DNA of 55,550 nt from Escherichia phage CSP1C, in the sequence record PQ202980. One strand, 5' to 3'. Positions within the stretch are counted from its first letter, which is position 1. Every line of letters starts with the position of its first letter. Below are positions 54,689 through 55,550 of this stretch, piece after piece. The notes under the pieces were generated by a model. It was not told the DNA's origin and ran no database searches. It saw only the letters and a list, made by a program, of their open reading frames with translations. Made by a program: the position numbers and the translations under genes.

Positions 54689-54851
54689 GAAAATTCCTTT
54701 GGTTTACACAAGAGATATTATCCGACGTTTACAGGATACAGAAACTGCTCTGACTGAATGTAAGCTAAGGGTTAAGGAAATCATACGCTATGAAGCTGAA
54801 AATGTTTCGCTTGATTTTGTAGGATCAAGCAATTATATTCAGCCTAAATAG
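54546..54851 (+). CDS. o-spanin (Rz1-like outer-membrane lipoprotein), partly embedded in the i-spanin gene
   Basis: Signal peptide ending LMICAGC followed by Pro-rich QTQPPPAPQ; starts in the +1 frame inside the i-spanin gene. Confidence 0.55.
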   Translation: MPTSKLILTSVFLMICAGCSTQTQPPPAPQIVKVRLPAHLLVECREVEKIPLVYTRDIIRRLQDTETALTECKLRVKEIIRYEAENVSLDFVGSSNYIQPK

Positions 54852-54871
54852 CAATAAGAAGGGGAGCTTCC

Positions 54872-55429
54872 ATGAACGGGGCAAGTCAAGAGCAATATGA
54901 TCGTGACTGGACGAACTATATCCAGTATGCAAATAGCTTGTCCGCTGACGAGATGGCAATACGTGACAAAGTTGTTGCTGAGTATATGTTCGACTACAAT
55001 TGGACTAACGCTTGCATGAGATGCGGGTTCAATGCTATGTTTGCACAGGAGCTTGGCCAACGCTTTGCCACGGACTGTTACGTTCGATGGAAGCTCAAGG
55101 AGATTGAAAGATCCCGTGTTCAACGTACTTCTGAGCAAGCTAACATTGAAGCAGACCTAGAGCGTCAGCATATCATTGAAGCATTAAAACGTGAAGCTCA
55201 TTATACAGGACCGGGATCTTCTCAAGCTGCTAGAGTAGCCGCATTGGGCAAGCTTGCACAAATTTATGATTTGGATGCTCCCAAGAAGGCTAAAATTGAT
55301 GTTACTAACAGAGGCGGCGTAATGATAGTCCCTGCTGTAGCAAATATTGACGAATGGGAAAAAACTGCATCCGAGTCTCAACAACGACTAGTTAAAGAGA
55401 CTGAAGATGGAGCTAAACCGACAACCTGA
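54872..55429 (+). CDS. terS: terminase small subunit
   Basis: 185 aa ORF with SD AAGGGGAG directly upstream of the terL N-terminus; assignment positional. Confidence 0.5.
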   Translation: MNGASQEQYDRDWTNYIQYANSLSADEMAIRDKVVAEYMFDYNWTNACMRCGFNAMFAQELGQRFATDCYVRWKLKEIERSRVQRTSEQANIEADLERQHIIEALKREAHYTGPGSSQAARVAALGKLAQIYDLDAPKKAKIDVTNRGGVMIVPAVANIDEWEKTASESQQRLVKETEDGAKPTT

Positions 55430-55433
55430 TAAC

Positions 55434-55550
55434 ATGCCGCGAGTAGTCTGGAAGCCACATCCAGGTTCACAGACGCTCGCTTTATCCTGCCCTGCTGATA
55501 CCATTTTATACCACGGTACTCGCGGTCCTGGAAAGACGGACTGCCAGCTT
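55434..55550 (+). CDS. terL: terminase large subunit, N-terminal 39 codons (3' partial; continues at position 1)
   Basis: ATG 55434; product MPRVVWKPHPGSQTLALSCPADTILYHGTRGPGKTDCQL with Walker A; reading frame ends exactly at window end. Confidence 0.6.
   Translation, partial: MPRVVWKPHPGSQTLALSCPADTILYHGTRGPGKTDCQL

Overview
The window reads as an essentially complete, circularly permuted genome (~55.5 kb) of a tailed dsDNA phage with a siphovirus-type structural module and a Gram-negative host (Rz/Rz1-type spanins, lipobox lipoproteins). Layout: (i) + strand structural module 1-17.5 kb: terminase large subunit C-terminal part, portal, scaffold-like protein, major capsid protein, Ig-like protein, connectors, major tail protein, tail chaperone with a -1 frameshift extension, tape measure, minor tail proteins, J-like central fibre; (ii) accessory island 17.5-20.3 kb with a lipoprotein and small membrane/secreted proteins; (iii) large minus-strand DNA-metabolism block 20.3-47.2 kb: family B DNA polymerase, sliding-clamp-like protein, a DpdA + FolE/QueD/QueC/QueE 7-deazaguanine DNA-modification cluster, SF2 helicase, Cas4/RecB-like nuclease, SSB-like protein, Sak4-like ATPase, DNA ligase, RNase H, dUTPase, primase; (iv) + strand block 47.6-55.5 kb of small early-type genes, two peptidase-like genes, a lysis cassette, small terminase and the N-terminal 39 codons of the large terminase, in frame with window position 1. 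No tRNA, rRNA, CRISPR array, integrase or CI-like repressor was recognised, so the phage is probably virulent. All calls rest on reading the translations and DNA by eye; no database search was run. The most interesting points are the 7-deazaguanine cluster with uncharacterised passenger genes and translational coupling of dpdA to clamp and polymerase, a C39-like peptidase / Ntn-hydrolase / SLOG gene set upstream of lysis, several paralogous small-gene families, and repeat-rich non-coding regions with recurring palindromic promoter-like elements.
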